From an uncultured Acidobacteriota bacterium (lineage in GTDB: Bacteria; Acidobacteriota; Thermoanaerobaculia; Gp7-AA8), in NCBI GenBank assembly GCA_963741955.1, contig CAVUKB010000001.1, positions 96,001 to 160,000 on the forward strand: a stretch of 64,000 nt of DNA. Direction: 5' to 3'. Of this stretch, positions 37,658 to 48,198 are shown piece by piece. Below the pieces are notes generated by a model. It saw only the letters and a program-made list of their open reading frames with translations. It searched no databases and was not told the origin of the DNA. Position 1 is the first letter of the stretch. Each line of letters begins with the position of its first letter. A program made the position numbers and the translations under genes.

Positions 37658-39835
37658 ATGAAACGACTCCTGATCGCGAGCTGTGCCGCCTTCCTCTCCG
37701 TCGCCTCATTCGCTGCATCCGGCCATCCCGACTCCAGCACCCCCCCTCCGAAGCAGCCCGGCGGCAGCCAGTATCCCACCGCGCACCGCTCGGATCACGT
37801 CGACACGTACTTCGGCGTCAAGGTCGCCGATCCGTACCGCTGGATGGAGAACATCGACTCCCCGGATGTTCAGAAGTGGATCGCGGCCGAGAACGCGCTG
37901 ACACTCCCCTATCTGAAGAAGCTTCCCGGACAGACCTGGTTGAAGGACCGGCTGACGAAGCTCTGGAAGTACGAGCGCTACGGAGTTCCGCTCCAGCGCG
38001 GCGGGCGCTTTTTCTACACCCACAATGACGGGCTTCAGGATCAGGACGTCCTCTTCGTCGCCGAGCGCCCCGAGGCAGAGGGGAAGGTGCTCCTCGATCC
38101 GAACACCTTCAGCAAGGACGGCACGGTCGCACTCGCGCGGTGGACCCCGAGCTGGAACGGTAAGCTGCTGGCCTACGGCACTTCCGACGGCGGAACCGAC
38201 TGGACGACGTTTCACGTTGTCGACGTCGACAGCGGCACGAAACTCGATGACCTGATTCGATTCACGAAGTTCACCGACGTTTCCTGGGCGCACGACGACG
38301 GCGGCTTCTATTACAGTCGCTACCCGCTCGACGCGGAAGGACACGCGGACGAATCGAAAGCGGTGAGCGTCTTCTTCCACAAGCTCGGCACTCCGCAGAG
38401 CTCCGACCGCGAGATCTACGCTCTGCCGAAGGAACCGAAACACGATCCGTACGCCATGGTCACCGAAGACGGCGGGTACCTGATCGTCGACGTCCAGCAG
38501 GGGTACGACTCGAACGCCATCCACGTGATTCCTCTGAAGGAGGGCAAGCCGGGCGCCGCGATCCGCCTCTTCGACCAGTGGGATGCGCTCTACCGATTCG
38601 TCGGCAACAAGGGCTCCCTGCTGTACTTTTCGACCACCCGCAACGCGCCGCGGGGGAGGGTGATCGCGGTCGATCTCCGGCATCCGGATCCGGATCAATG
38701 GACCGAGGTGGTTCCGGAGCAGAGCGAGACGCTGAGCGAGGCGGAATACACGGGTGGAGAGTTCTTCGCCCAGTATCTCGAGGATGCGCACTCGCGGATC
38801 CGCGTCTGGGGCGCGGACGGCGAACACCTCCGGGACGTCGAGCTCCCGGGGCTCGGGAGCGCGGCCGGTTTTGCCGGGCCCGACGACGCCAAGGTGACGT
38901 TCTACAGCTACACGAGCTTCACGACGCCGCCGACGATCTACCAGTACGACATCGCCAGCGGCAAGAGCAGCATCGATCGGAAACCGGACGTGCCGGTGAA
39001 AGACCTCGACTCGTTCGAGGTACAGCAGGTGTTCTATCCCAGCAAGGACGGCACGAAGATCCCGATGTTCATCGTGCACCGGAAGGGGTTGAAGCTCGAC
39101 GGAACGGCACCCACCCTCCTCTACGGCTACGGCGGGTTCGACATCTCACTGACTCCGACCTACAGCCTCGCGCGGATCGTCTGGCTGGAGATGGGAGGGG
39201 TGTACGCGATGCCGAACCTCCGCGGGGGAGGGGAGTACGGCGAGGCGTGGCACGAAGCCGGAACGAAGCTGCACAAGCAGAACGTGTTCGACGACTTCAT
39301 CGCGGCGGCGAAGTACCTCGAAAAGGAGGGCTACACGAGCCCCTCCAGGCTCGCCATCAGCGGAGCGTCCAACGGAGGGCTGCTGATCGGCGCGGTGCTC
39401 AACCAGCAGCCGCAGTTGTTCGGAGCCGCTCTTCCCGCGGTCGGCGTGATGGACATGCTCCGGTACCAGACCGCGAGCGCGAATGCGGAGGGGTGGTCGA
39501 GCGACTTCGGCAAGTCGACCGACAGCAGGGAGATGTTCGAGGCGCTGCGGGCGTTCTCGCCAGTTCACAACACGCGCGAGAAAGGATGCTTTCCGCCGAC
39601 CCTGATCACCACCGCGGATCACGACAACCGCGTGGTGCCGTGGTACAGCTTCAAGTACGCGGCGGCGATGCAGCACGCGCAGAGCTGCGCGAACCCGGTG
39701 CTGATCCGTATCGAGACCCGTGCCGGGCACGGAGCCGGGAAGCCGACCTGGATGAAGATCGAAGAGATCGCCGACGAGTACGCGTTCCTTGCGAAGGCGC
39801 TCGGCATCCCGATGCCGCCGCAGACGAAGCCGTGA
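37658..39835 (+). CDS. Secreted prolyl oligopeptidase (S9A)
   Basis: Signal peptide; ADPYRWME, YGYGGF, GASNGG, DHDNRV and AGHGAG motifs. Confidence 0.94.
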   Translation: MKRLLIASCAAFLSVASFAASGHPDSSTPPPKQPGGSQYPTAHRSDHVDTYFGVKVADPYRWMENIDSPDVQKWIAAENALTLPYLKKLPGQTWLKDRLTKLWKYERYGVPLQRGGRFFYTHNDGLQDQDVLFVAERPEAEGKVLLDPNTFSKDGTVALARWTPSWNGKLLAYGTSDGGTDWTTFHVVDVDSGTKLDDLIRFTKFTDVSWAHDDGGFYYSRYPLDAEGHADESKAVSVFFHKLGTPQSSDREIYALPKEPKHDPYAMVTEDGGYLIVDVQQGYDSNAIHVIPLKEGKPGAAIRLFDQWDALYRFVGNKGSLLYFSTTRNAPRGRVIAVDLRHPDPDQWTEVVPEQSETLSEAEYTGGEFFAQYLEDAHSRIRVWGADGEHLRDVELPGLGSAAGFAGPDDAKVTFYSYTSFTTPPTIYQYDIASGKSSIDRKPDVPVKDLDSFEVQQVFYPSKDGTKIPMFIVHRKGLKLDGTAPTLLYGYGGFDISLTPTYSLARIVWLEMGGVYAMPNLRGGGEYGEAWHEAGTKLHKQNVFDDFIAAAKYLEKEGYTSPSRLAISGASNGGLLIGAVLNQQPQLFGAALPAVGVMDMLRYQTASANAEGWSSDFGKSTDSREMFEALRAFSPVHNTREKGCFPPTLITTADHDNRVVPWYSFKYAAAMQHAQSCANPVLIRIETRAGHGAGKPTWMKIEEIADEYAFLAKALGIPMPPQTKP

Positions 39836-39842
39836 ACGCGAA

Positions 39843-39920
39843 CCCCGGGTTCCGGCGCGGAGGGCCTCCAGCTGGGGCAATCGTCCATCGCGTCTGCGGC
39901 GCTTGGGGTCGTGCGGGAGG
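39843..39920 (+). repeat. REP-like family C, degenerate copy
   Basis: CCCCGGGTTCCGGCGCGGAGGGCC..GGGGCAAT. Confidence 0.7.
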
Positions 39921-40061
39921 GAGTGGAGCGTGCTTTGCGGGGACGGTGCCGGTGGCCTCGGTGAGGAATCTGAGTTTCAGGGTGCCCCTTACGCTTCCCT
40001 CTCACCGAAGACGGGCGTCGGCTGAAGACATGACCCCGGACGTGAAGGCCGCGCGAACGGG

Positions 40062-40187
40062 AGTGGCGAGAAGGATGAGGAACTGTAGCCGGTCCGCATC
40101 GGAGCGAAAGATCTTCTTTCGTTCGTTGCCGCGCGAGGTGACGTGGTGAACCGCGCCTGGAAACTCGAGTCGAAGGGTGCGTGCCAT
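40062..40187 (-). pseudogene. Truncated Y1 (RAYT/IS200-like) transposase
   Basis: MARTLRLEFPGAVHHVTSRGNERKKIFRSDADRLQFL; ends before the HUH motif. Confidence 0.85.
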
Positions 40188-40459
40188 GCGATCGAGAGTA
40201 CCTCGGAATGGGCGAAAGACCGAGGGTTCTACTCCTCGTAGAATCGTCGCCGGAACGGAGCGGTTCGACCGGAGGTACCAACCGAGAGTGTTCGAGATGA
40301 ATGTCGTAGAATCCACGGTGCGACGCGATGATCTGAAGTGACGCACGGAGAAGGGTTTAGGAGATGCATCCGATAGGCGAAGCCTTGACCCCATCCTTCG
40401 CGTCCGGTTCGGAGGGAGGGGCGGAGTGATCCTCCGTCCCTACCCCTATCGCCCATTGA

Positions 40460-41197
40460 TCAGTAAGTTCCCGGCAGTATCGTGACCACCTGAGTTTCAT
40501 CGTTGGTGATACTTACGAGGCTCCAGATCGGATCTGCGTCGCTTTCAACCTCGATACGAACCTCGGTGGCGTCAGCCAGTTCCGGAATACCGAGCGAATC
40601 GATCTGCGCTTCGCCACGGTCCGTGGTGATAGTGAACTCGCGGATAGCGAGAGTGGCACCCGAATCGGCGTCGTAGTAGCGAACATGGCCGTGGCCCGCA
40701 CGCGGTGAAAAGGAATAGACACGGACCGTATGCCGGAACGGGGTTGCCGTGGGGACGCGAACGAAGGAGAATCGCAGACGTTTCGCGCTGTTCCAGTCGA
40801 CCGCCGGTACGAAGGTGCCCCAGTTGAGCGCGGTGCGCGACTCGTCGAAGACGCGCACCTGGAAAGCGAGGCTGGCGCGGTCGGCGCTCTCGACCGAGAA
40901 CCAGGCTGCTCTAGCTCCGTCCGCATAGGCGGCAAGATCAATCGGTTCGATCTCTGTTCCGGCGGGAACGCTCACGATTGCGCAATCTTGGCCCGAACAC
41001 GGAGGAGAGAGGAGAATTACGTGCGAACCGGTATTCAGGACTCGCACGTCGGATGTCCAGACTGATCCAAATGCGCCGCGGACGCTATCGGCAACGACGG
41101 GAATCAGCAGCCACGAAGCCTCGGTACCTTGGGCGCGAACGGACGTCGTTACCAAGAACGAGAGAACTAAGATCGCCATTATGCATATCTTACGCAT
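40460..41197 (-). CDS. Secreted hypothetical protein
   Basis: Signal peptide; LLIPV..GAFGSVWTSDVRVLN; GGAGAG RBS; lower GC than flanks. Confidence 0.75.
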   Translation of the reverse strand: MRKICIMAILVLSFLVTTSVRAQGTEASWLLIPVVADSVRGAFGSVWTSDVRVLNTGSHVILLSPPCSGQDCAIVSVPAGTEIEPIDLAAYADGARAAWFSVESADRASLAFQVRVFDESRTALNWGTFVPAVDWNSAKRLRFSFVRVPTATPFRHTVRVYSFSPRAGHGHVRYYDADSGATLAIREFTITTDRGEAQIDSLGIPELADATEVRIEVESDADPIWSLVSITNDETQVVTILPGTY

Positions 41198-41209
41198 GAA
41201 CACTCTCCA

Positions 41210-42055
41210 TCAATACGTGTTGAGCGCGAAAATTGCGAACGGTTGACTCGCATCCGTGAGATATCCGGGCAGCCAGGGGCGAGAAGCCCCAAGGTCCTTC
41301 GAATGGACGTACACCGTGAAAGATGACCCTGAGTATGGCGGAACGACGACGAGTTCGACGTTGTTCGTGCTCTCAGGCGATGGCATGATGCATGTTGCGT
41401 AGCTCTGCTCTGTAGAGGGGTTGATGTAATTACCCCAATAGGTCGCGCAGTTGCCGAAGTATACCTCAAGATCGAGATCTCTGGTGAGGAGCGGGCTTGC
41501 ATTCCCGGGTGCGGACGCGAAGTCGGACCACGCGAGCACGATTACCGTCCGTTTTGATTGATCGGCCACCGTGAACGTCCGGGACCGCTGTTGGCCTGAA
41601 TCCGTGAAGTTAGCGAGGGTTCCTTCGTCCAGGTAGGTTTTTGTCCAAGCGTTGGTCGAGGAGGTAGCCAAGGTAGAGACGTCCGAATCCCTGACCCGTG
41701 GTGATGTCAGGAATTCCGTTGACGGTGCCAGCGGTGTATTGATCCTTCCCGCCCTTGAGCGAATATGCACCACCAACGAGCGCGGCTTTCATCATGGCAG
41801 CCGAGAACCGATTCGTCGTTGTTCGGCCTTGTTTCGCGTTGATGAGAGCTATCGCGGCGGCGGCTTGTGGAGACGCGAAGCTCGTTCCTGAAGACAGCTG
41901 GTAATCAGCGTCGGTCGTCGTGCCGTACCCTGTGCTGCAAAAGTACGTTGAATAGCTGTGTTTCATGCGAGCGACCGTAACCAGTGTGGATGGCGCGACG
42001 AGTTCCGGTTTGATTCTGCCGTCCCCTGCAGCAACGCCGCGGCGACTCACGAGAC
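41210..42055 (-). pseudogene. Subtilase (S8, KP-43-like) 3' half, frameshifted near 41660
   Basis: DGRIKPELVAP, SGTSFASP and QGFGR in one frame; LAWSD, DLDL and NNVE in another; 5' half missing. Confidence 0.85.
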
Positions 42056-42061
42056 TCCGAC

Positions 42062-42203
42062 GGGCGCCACGGCTCCCGCCGTGGCCGCGCAGATCGCCTT
42101 CAGAACGGCAACGAGACGACACCTGCGGCAGATGCGCAGTAGCTCCGCGCATCTGCTCTGTGAACACCCACAGTGCCCCTTAAGTTCAGGCCATTGGGGC
42201 TAG
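42062..42203 (-). mobile_element. MITE-B partial copy
   Basis: Reverse-complement match to 63714-63854; ends in CTAG. Confidence 0.85.
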
Positions 42204-42248
42204 GCGTGGGCCCGGCGTTGACGCGTGCCGTACGCCTCCAACGTCGCC

Positions 42249-42550
42249 CTGATCCATTCGAGCGTCATCACGTGCGACAGCGTCGCCTCCCACACCGCCT
42301 GCATCTGCTCGCCCTTGAAGAGAGCGCGATCGAAGTGTCACTGGGTCAGTGGATTATGAGAGAGAACCGACAGGCGAAGGCCTGACCCCCCCGTCGATCC
42401 TGATCCATTCGAGCGTCATCACGTGCGACAGCGTCGCCTCCCACACCGCCTGCATCTGCTCGCCCTTGAAGAGAGCGCGACCGAAGTGTCACTGGGTCAG
42501 TGGATTATGAGAGAGAACCGACAGGCGACGGCCTGACCCCCCCGTCGATC
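42249..42550. repeat. 151-bp tandem duplication
   Basis: 42249-42399 vs 42400-42550; two mismatches seen. Confidence 0.92.
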
Positions 42551-42553
42551 GTC

Positions 42554-42664
42554 CAGTACGGGTTCGTTCGTGGTCTCGAGCCGGTCACCTACGTCGAGGT
42601 GATTCTCGAACGCTTCGAGCATTACCGGCAATTCGTGCACGAGAACCCGGACCGAGCGGGATGA
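42554..42664 (+). pseudogene. C-terminal remnant of an MltF-like lytic transglycosylase
   Basis: QYGFVRGLEPVTYVEVILERFEHYRQF resembles the YG-x-x-RG-x-EPV-x-YV MltF tail. Confidence 0.6.
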
Positions 42665-42685
42665 TGTGGCTCTGGCGTGCATGGT

Positions 42686-42780
42686 CCCCGGGTTCTGGCG
42701 CGGAGCGCCTTCACCCGGGCAATTGTCAATCGCGCCTACGGCGCCTGGAGTCGCGCGAGTGTGGGTGGAGGTCGCTTCGT
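42686..42780 (+). repeat. REP-like family C
   Basis: Close match to 37461-37556. Confidence 0.8.
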
Positions 42781-42833
42781 GGGGACGATTCACCGAAGTC
42801 CTGGAGTACGGAGGTCGAGACCTCGGCCGCTCA

Positions 42834-43475
42834 TCACTCTCCCACGTCGATGGTCATCCCTCGCGCCGGAGGAGGCGGCACCTTGTGCGGGATGAATCCG
42901 AGCAGGAGACCGGCGGCGAAGCCGCCGAGGTGTCCGGTGTTGTCGATCCCCGGGATGGTGAAACCGAGGAAGACGTTCAGGAGGGCCCAGAAGATGAGCT
43001 GATGGGTGAGGCTGCGAGCCCACGGCTGGTGACGCCACACCGGCGAGCGGCGGATGGCGATGATCAGCGCGCCGAGGATTCCGAAGATCGCGCCGCTCGC
43101 GCCGGCGGAGAGGATCTGGCGGTGATGGATCAGAGCCCAGTACGAGCTCGCGGATGAGGCGACGAGGCCACTGACGAAGTACGTGAGAAGAAAGCGGGCC
43201 TTGCCGAACATCAGCTCGAACGCGGCGCCGAGCTGATAGAGAGCCCAGAGATTGAGCGCAATGTGCAGAAGCCCGATATGGAGAAACATCGCGGCGAGAA
43301 GACGCCAGTACTGCCCGTTGACGAAGATCCCGGCGGTGACTGCACCGAGATCGTAGAGGACCGGCATGCTCTCCTGGCCGACGTTCCAGGCCCGCATCCC
43401 GCTCGTGATCTCGATCACGAACACGAAGATGATCAGTCCGACGATGGCCATGGTGGCCGGAACTCTTCTGTACAT
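42834..43475 (-). CDS. Rhomboid family intramembrane serine protease
   Basis: WRLL..FLHIGLLHIALN, GASGAIFG and GHLGG motifs. Confidence 0.92.
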   Translation of the reverse strand: MYRRVPATMAIVGLIIFVFVIEITSGMRAWNVGQESMPVLYDLGAVTAGIFVNGQYWRLLAAMFLHIGLLHIALNLWALYQLGAAFELMFGKARFLLTYFVSGLVASSASSYWALIHHRQILSAGASGAIFGILGALIIAIRRSPVWRHQPWARSLTHQLIFWALLNVFLGFTIPGIDNTGHLGGFAAGLLLGFIPHKVPPPPARGMTIDVGE

Positions 43476-44278
43476 CAGGGCTTCTTCCTTTCGAGTAACG
43501 CGGAGGTCACGCGCATGAGGAAGTGTGCGGCGCGGGGAAAGAATTCCTTCAGTCGCATGAAGATGGCGGCTTCCGCCGGAAGGATGATCCGGTATGACCC
43601 TCCCTCTATCGCGCGGCGGATCGCGCGCGCGACGTCCTCCGGCGAGAGAGGGCGGAGAAGTCGGGATGCGGCGGGGATCGCGGCGCGGTCGGCCGATTGG
43701 AAGAATTCGCCCCCTTCCGTGACGCCGGGACAGATCATCGACACGCGGATCCCGTCGCGCAGCACCTCGTCGCGAAGTGACTCGGTGAATCCGATCAGGG
43801 CGGCCTTCGTCGCGCCGTACCCTCCCATCCCGGCCACGCCCATGATCCCCGCGATCGAAGAAACGTTGACGATCGCGCCGCACCGCTGCGATTTCATGAT
43901 CGGGAGAACCGCGAGGGTGGTGTTCACCGCGCCGAAGTAGTTCGTCTGCATCATCCGCTCGAGCTCGGAAAATGGAGTCGAGTCGATTCTGCCGAGGATT
44001 CCGAATCCGGCGTTGTTCACCAGGATGTGGATCGAACCGAATCGCTCCACCGCGGCTGTGGCCAGGAGGCGGGCCGCTTCGGGATCGGCGACGTCGGTCG
44101 GCACCACGATGCATTCGGTTCCCCGGGCGCGGCACTCCGCGGCGACATTTTCGAGACGCTCGGCGCGGCGTGCGGCGAGGACCAGACGGCACCCTGCGAC
44201 TGCGAGCTCCAGTGCGGTGGCCCGGCCGATCCCGCTGGAGGCCCCGGTAACGATCGCAGCTCGGTCGGGCAGCTTCAT
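43475..44278 (-). CDS. SDR family oxidoreductase
   Basis: [12 protein letters not shown] and YGATK motifs. Confidence 0.92.
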   Translation of the reverse strand: MKLPDRAAIVTGASSGIGRATALELAVAGCRLVLAARRAERLENVAAECRARGTECIVVPTDVADPEAARLLATAAVERFGSIHILVNNAGFGILGRIDSTPFSELERMMQTNYFGAVNTTLAVLPIMKSQRCGAIVNVSSIAGIMGVAGMGGYGATKAALIGFTESLRDEVLRDGIRVSMICPGVTEGGEFFQSADRAAIPAASRLLRPLSPEDVARAIRRAIEGGSYRIILPAEAAIFMRLKEFFPRAAHFLMRVTSALLERKKP

Positions 44279-44478
44279 TGCATCATCAGACTGCGCAGTA
44301 TCAGCGACAATGGGGGAGATTTCAACCCGCGGAAGGCGCGGAGACCGCCGGATCGCAACGGTTTTGTGGCGAAAAATCCGGCTCTTCCCGGACCTCCCGG
44401 AGAATGGGATATACTCCGGTCCGGGTGGCGTACCTCCGTTGTGAGCACGCCGTCTTGAACGAAAAAGGAGGCGCACGC

Positions 44479-45447
44479 ATGGCGTTCGAAGACGTCAAGA
44501 AAATCTGGATGAACGGCCGGTTCGTCGATTTCGAAGACGCGAAAATCCACGTCCTGAGCCACGTCGTGCATTACGGATCCGGCATTTTCGAAGGAGCGCG
44601 CTGCTACAACACGAGCCAGGGGCCGGCGATCTTCCGCCTTCCCGAGCACGTCCGCCGCCTCTTCGACGGCTGCAAGATCTACCGTATGCAGATTCCATTC
44701 TCGCCGGATGAGATCCGTCAGGCGTGCATCGATGCGATCGCGCTCAACGAGTTCGAAGACTGCTACATCCGTCCGATCGTCTACCGCGGGTTCGGCACTC
44801 TGGGCGTCCATCCCGGCAAGTGCCCGATCGACGTGACCATCGCAGTCTGGAAATGGGGAGCCTACCTCGGCGCCGAAGCTCTCGAGCAGGGCGTCGACGT
44901 GCGGGTCTCGTCGTGGAACCGAATGGCGCCGAACACGTTCCCCGCCATGGCCAAGTCGACGGCGAACTACATGAACTCGCAGCTGATCCGGATGGAAGCC
45001 GGGATCGACGGCTACTCGGAAGGAATCGCACTCGACGTTTACGGGTACGTCTCGGAAGGCTCGGGCGAGAACGTCTTCATCGTCCGCGACGGGAAGGTCA
45101 TCACCCCGCCGCTCGGCGCGTCGATCCTTCCCGGAATCACGCGGGACACCACCATCCGGCTCGCGCGCGATCTCGGATACGAGGTGGTCGAGCAGCTCAT
45201 CCCGCGGGAAGCGCTCTACATCGCCGACGAAGTCTTCTTCAGCGGGAGCGCCGCGGAGATCACCCCGATCCGCTCGGTGGATCGGATCAAGATCGGAGAC
45301 GGAGTTCGCGGACCGATCACCGAACGGATCCAGAAAGAGTATTTCGCCTATATCCGCGGGGAGACCGAGGATCGTCACAACTGGCTCACATTTGTGGAGC
45401 AGGAAAAATCGACCCGCAGAGAGAAGAAGGAAGCGGTCGCCCGGTAG
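44479..45447 (+). CDS. ilvE: Branched-chain amino acid aminotransferase
   Basis: [17 protein letters not shown] and ILPGITR motifs; AAGGAGG RBS. Confidence 0.94.
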   Translation: MAFEDVKKIWMNGRFVDFEDAKIHVLSHVVHYGSGIFEGARCYNTSQGPAIFRLPEHVRRLFDGCKIYRMQIPFSPDEIRQACIDAIALNEFEDCYIRPIVYRGFGTLGVHPGKCPIDVTIAVWKWGAYLGAEALEQGVDVRVSSWNRMAPNTFPAMAKSTANYMNSQLIRMEAGIDGYSEGIALDVYGYVSEGSGENVFIVRDGKVITPPLGASILPGITRDTTIRLARDLGYEVVEQLIPREALYIADEVFFSGSAAEITPIRSVDRIKIGDGVRGPITERIQKEYFAYIRGETEDRHNWLTFVEQEKSTRREKKEAVAR

Positions 45448-45537
45448 CGGGTTCGCTTCCGTAACCTCCGGCTCCTTTGGGCCGTCCACTGAGCGAGCAT
45501 CCAGCCCGGACAGTCCGGGCCAGAGGGCTCGAGGTGA

Positions 45538-48198
45538 ATGTCATCCATTCGTGATTCCGAGAGTGGAAGCAGGCGGCGCGTCGACGTCCTTCCGGCGTCA
45601 CCGGCGGAGATCGTCACGGAAGAGAACGAGTCCGGTCCTCCCGGATTCTTCTCCCGGTGGCTCCGCCGGCTCATGCCACTGCTGGTCGTCGCGATCTTCT
45701 CGATCGCGCTGACCATCCTCTACGGCATCCTCCGCGACTACCATTACCAGCAGGTTCTCCACTACCTCCGCACTCTCCGTCTATCCGTGATCTTCGGTGC
45801 AGTGGCTCTCACTGCGCTCGGTTATTTCGTCATGACGCTGTACGACGTCCTGGCGATCGAGTACGTGGGCCGTGACGTGCCGTACCGGCGGATCGCTCTC
45901 GCTTCGTTCATCGGCTACGCGTTCAACAACAGCATGGGCTTCTCCGGAGTGATCGGCGGATCGCTCCGCTACCGGCTCTATTCGGCATGGCGGCTCTCTG
46001 CCGTCGACATCGCGAAGGTGATCGCGTTCGTCTCTGCGACCTTCTGGCTCGGATTCCTCACCCTCGCGGGAGCCTTCTTTCTCGCCGCGCCGCCCGTGCC
46101 TCCAGCGGCGGTGCATCTGCACGTGCATCCGCGACCGCTCGGCGTGCTGTTCGTGATTCCCGTTCTGGTCTACCTCGGGCTGACCCTCGCCGGACGCCGC
46201 TCGTTCCGTCTGCGGCAGTGGCGCTTTCCTCTTCCCCACGCTCCTCTGGCAATCGGCCAGATCGTCGTCTCGTCGGTCGACTGGCTGATCGCGGCAGCCG
46301 TCCTCTACGTTCTTCTTCCGAACGATCCGGACCTCAGCTTTCCGCACTTCATCGCGATCTTCCTTCTGGCGCAGATCGCAGGACTGCTCAGTAACCTGCC
46401 GGGTGGGATCGGCGTGTTCGAGCTGGTCATTCTGCTGTTTCTCTCTCCGGCGGTGCCTCCGGATCAGGTCCTGGGCGGGCTGCTCGCGTTCCGCGGCATC
46501 TACTATCTGGTCCCGCTCGGATCGGCGGTGCTGCTGCTGGCGACGCACGAAGTGCTCGAGAAGCGGCAGGGGGTGGCGAGGGTTGCGCGCCTCTTCGGCC
46601 GGTGGGCTCCCGGTGTCGTTCCTCACGTCTTTGCGTTCACTACGTTCGTGGCCGGAGCGATCCTGATTTTTTCCGGCTCCACTCCGTCGATCCGTTCGAG
46701 GCTCGCATGGCTGAATGATTTTCTCCCGCTCCCGGTGATGGAGATCTCGCACATGCTCGGGAGTGTCGCCGGCGTTCTGCTGCTGGTGCTCGCCCGCGGT
46801 CTTCAACGACGGCTCGACGCCGCCTGGGTGCTGACCGTGGCGCTCCTCGGCGGAGGGATCGTCGTCTCGCTGCTGAAAGGACTCGACTACGAGGAGGCGA
46901 TCTTCCTGGCGGTGATGCTGGTGGCGCTGGTTCCGAGCCGCGGCCACTTCTACCGGCAGGCCTCGCTCTTCACGCAGCGGTTCGCGCCCGGGTGGCTGGC
47001 TGCCATCGCGGTGGTCCTGATCGGATCGATGTGGCTCGGGTTCTTCTCTTACAAGCACGTCGAGTACTCGAACGAGCTCTGGTGGCGATTCAGCATGCAC
47101 GCGGAGGCGCCACGATTCCTCCGGGGGACCGTGGCCGGGATCGCGGTCCTGTTCTTCATCGCCGGAGCGAGACTCCTTCGTCCCGTGGCCCGGCGCCGTG
47201 AGCCACTACCCCAACCCGATTCCGCCCGGTTGGCGGAGGTGATCGCCGGATCGAAGTCGACCGCTGCGAACCTCGCGCTGCTCGGCGACAAGTCTTTCCT
47301 CTTCAGTGAGAGTGGTGAGAGTTTCATCATGTTCGGTGTCGAGGGGCGCAGCTGGATCTCGATGGGAGACCCGGTCGGACCGGACGAGGAGAAGGCGGAT
47401 CTCGTCTGGCGTTTTCGCGAGCTCTCGGACCGGCACGGCGGATGGACCGTCTTCTACGAAGTTCACCGCGAGTGGCTGCCGCTCTACGTCGATCTCGGGC
47501 TGGCGCTGCTCAAGCTCGGAGAGGAAGCGATCGTTTCGCTCGACACGTTCACTCTCGACGGCGGGGAGAGGAAGGGCCTGCGCAAGACGATCCGGAAGAC
47601 GGAAGCGGACGGTGCGACATTCGAGATCGTGGCTCCCGAGAGCTTCCCCGAGATTGCCGGAGCGGTGCGGGAAGTGTCCGATGGCTGGATGAAGGAGAGA
47701 CACGTGCGGGAGAAGGGGTTCTCACTCGGGCGTTTCGACGAGAACTATCTCTCCGGGTTCCCGCTGGCCCTGGTTCGCCGGGAGGGACGGATCGTCGCGT
47801 TCTCGAATCTCTGGACCACCGCGACTCGGGAAGAGCTTTCCATCGACCTGATGCGTCATACGGAAGACGCGCCTGCAGGGGTAATGGACTTTCTCTTCGT
47901 CAACCTGATGCTGTGGGGGAAATCGGAAGGCTACCGCCGGTTCAACCTCGGTGTGGCTCCGCTCTCGGGGCTGGAGAACCGTGCGCTCGGTCCGCTGTGG
48001 AATCGGATCGGAGCGCTCGCGTTCCATCACGGCGAGAACTTCTACAACTTTCAAGGGTTGCGTCAGTACAAGGAAAAATTCGATCCGGTCTGGTCTCCGG
48101 TCTATCTCGCATCGCCGGGAGGATTCGTCCTTCCTCGGGTGTTGACCAATATCGCTTCGCTGATCTCCGGTGGATTGAGGGGAGTGGTCGCAAAATGA
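45538..48198 (+). CDS. mprF: Bifunctional aminoacyl-phosphatidylglycerol flippase/synthase
   Basis: Multi-TM N-part with PGGIGVFE; C-domain with GDPVG, EKGFSLG, DLMRH and YNFQGLRQYKEKF. Confidence 0.92.
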   Translation: MSSIRDSESGSRRRVDVLPASPAEIVTEENESGPPGFFSRWLRRLMPLLVVAIFSIALTILYGILRDYHYQQVLHYLRTLRLSVIFGAVALTALGYFVMTLYDVLAIEYVGRDVPYRRIALASFIGYAFNNSMGFSGVIGGSLRYRLYSAWRLSAVDIAKVIAFVSATFWLGFLTLAGAFFLAAPPVPPAAVHLHVHPRPLGVLFVIPVLVYLGLTLAGRRSFRLRQWRFPLPHAPLAIGQIVVSSVDWLIAAAVLYVLLPNDPDLSFPHFIAIFLLAQIAGLLSNLPGGIGVFELVILLFLSPAVPPDQVLGGLLAFRGIYYLVPLGSAVLLLATHEVLEKRQGVARVARLFGRWAPGVVPHVFAFTTFVAGAILIFSGSTPSIRSRLAWLNDFLPLPVMEISHMLGSVAGVLLLVLARGLQRRLDAAWVLTVALLGGGIVVSLLKGLDYEEAIFLAVMLVALVPSRGHFYRQASLFTQRFAPGWLAAIAVVLIGSMWLGFFSYKHVEYSNELWWRFSMHAEAPRFLRGTVAGIAVLFFIAGARLLRPVARRREPLPQPDSARLAEVIAGSKSTAANLALLGDKSFLFSESGESFIMFGVEGRSWISMGDPVGPDEEKADLVWRFRELSDRHGGWTVFYEVHREWLPLYVDLGLALLKLGEEAIVSLDTFTLDGGERKGLRKTIRKTEADGATFEIVAPESFPEIAGAVREVSDGWMKERHVREKGFSLGRFDENYLSGFPLALVRREGRIVAFSNLWTTATREELSIDLMRHTEDAPAGVMDFLFVNLMLWGKSEGYRRFNLGVAPLSGLENRALGPLWNRIGALAFHHGENFYNFQGLRQYKEKFDPVWSPVYLASPGGFVLPRVLTNIASLISGGLRGVVAK

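Noticed and set aside
41610-41700. Programmed frameshift in the subtilase
   Set aside because: The gene already lacks its 5' half with the catalytic Asp/His, so decay is the simpler explanation
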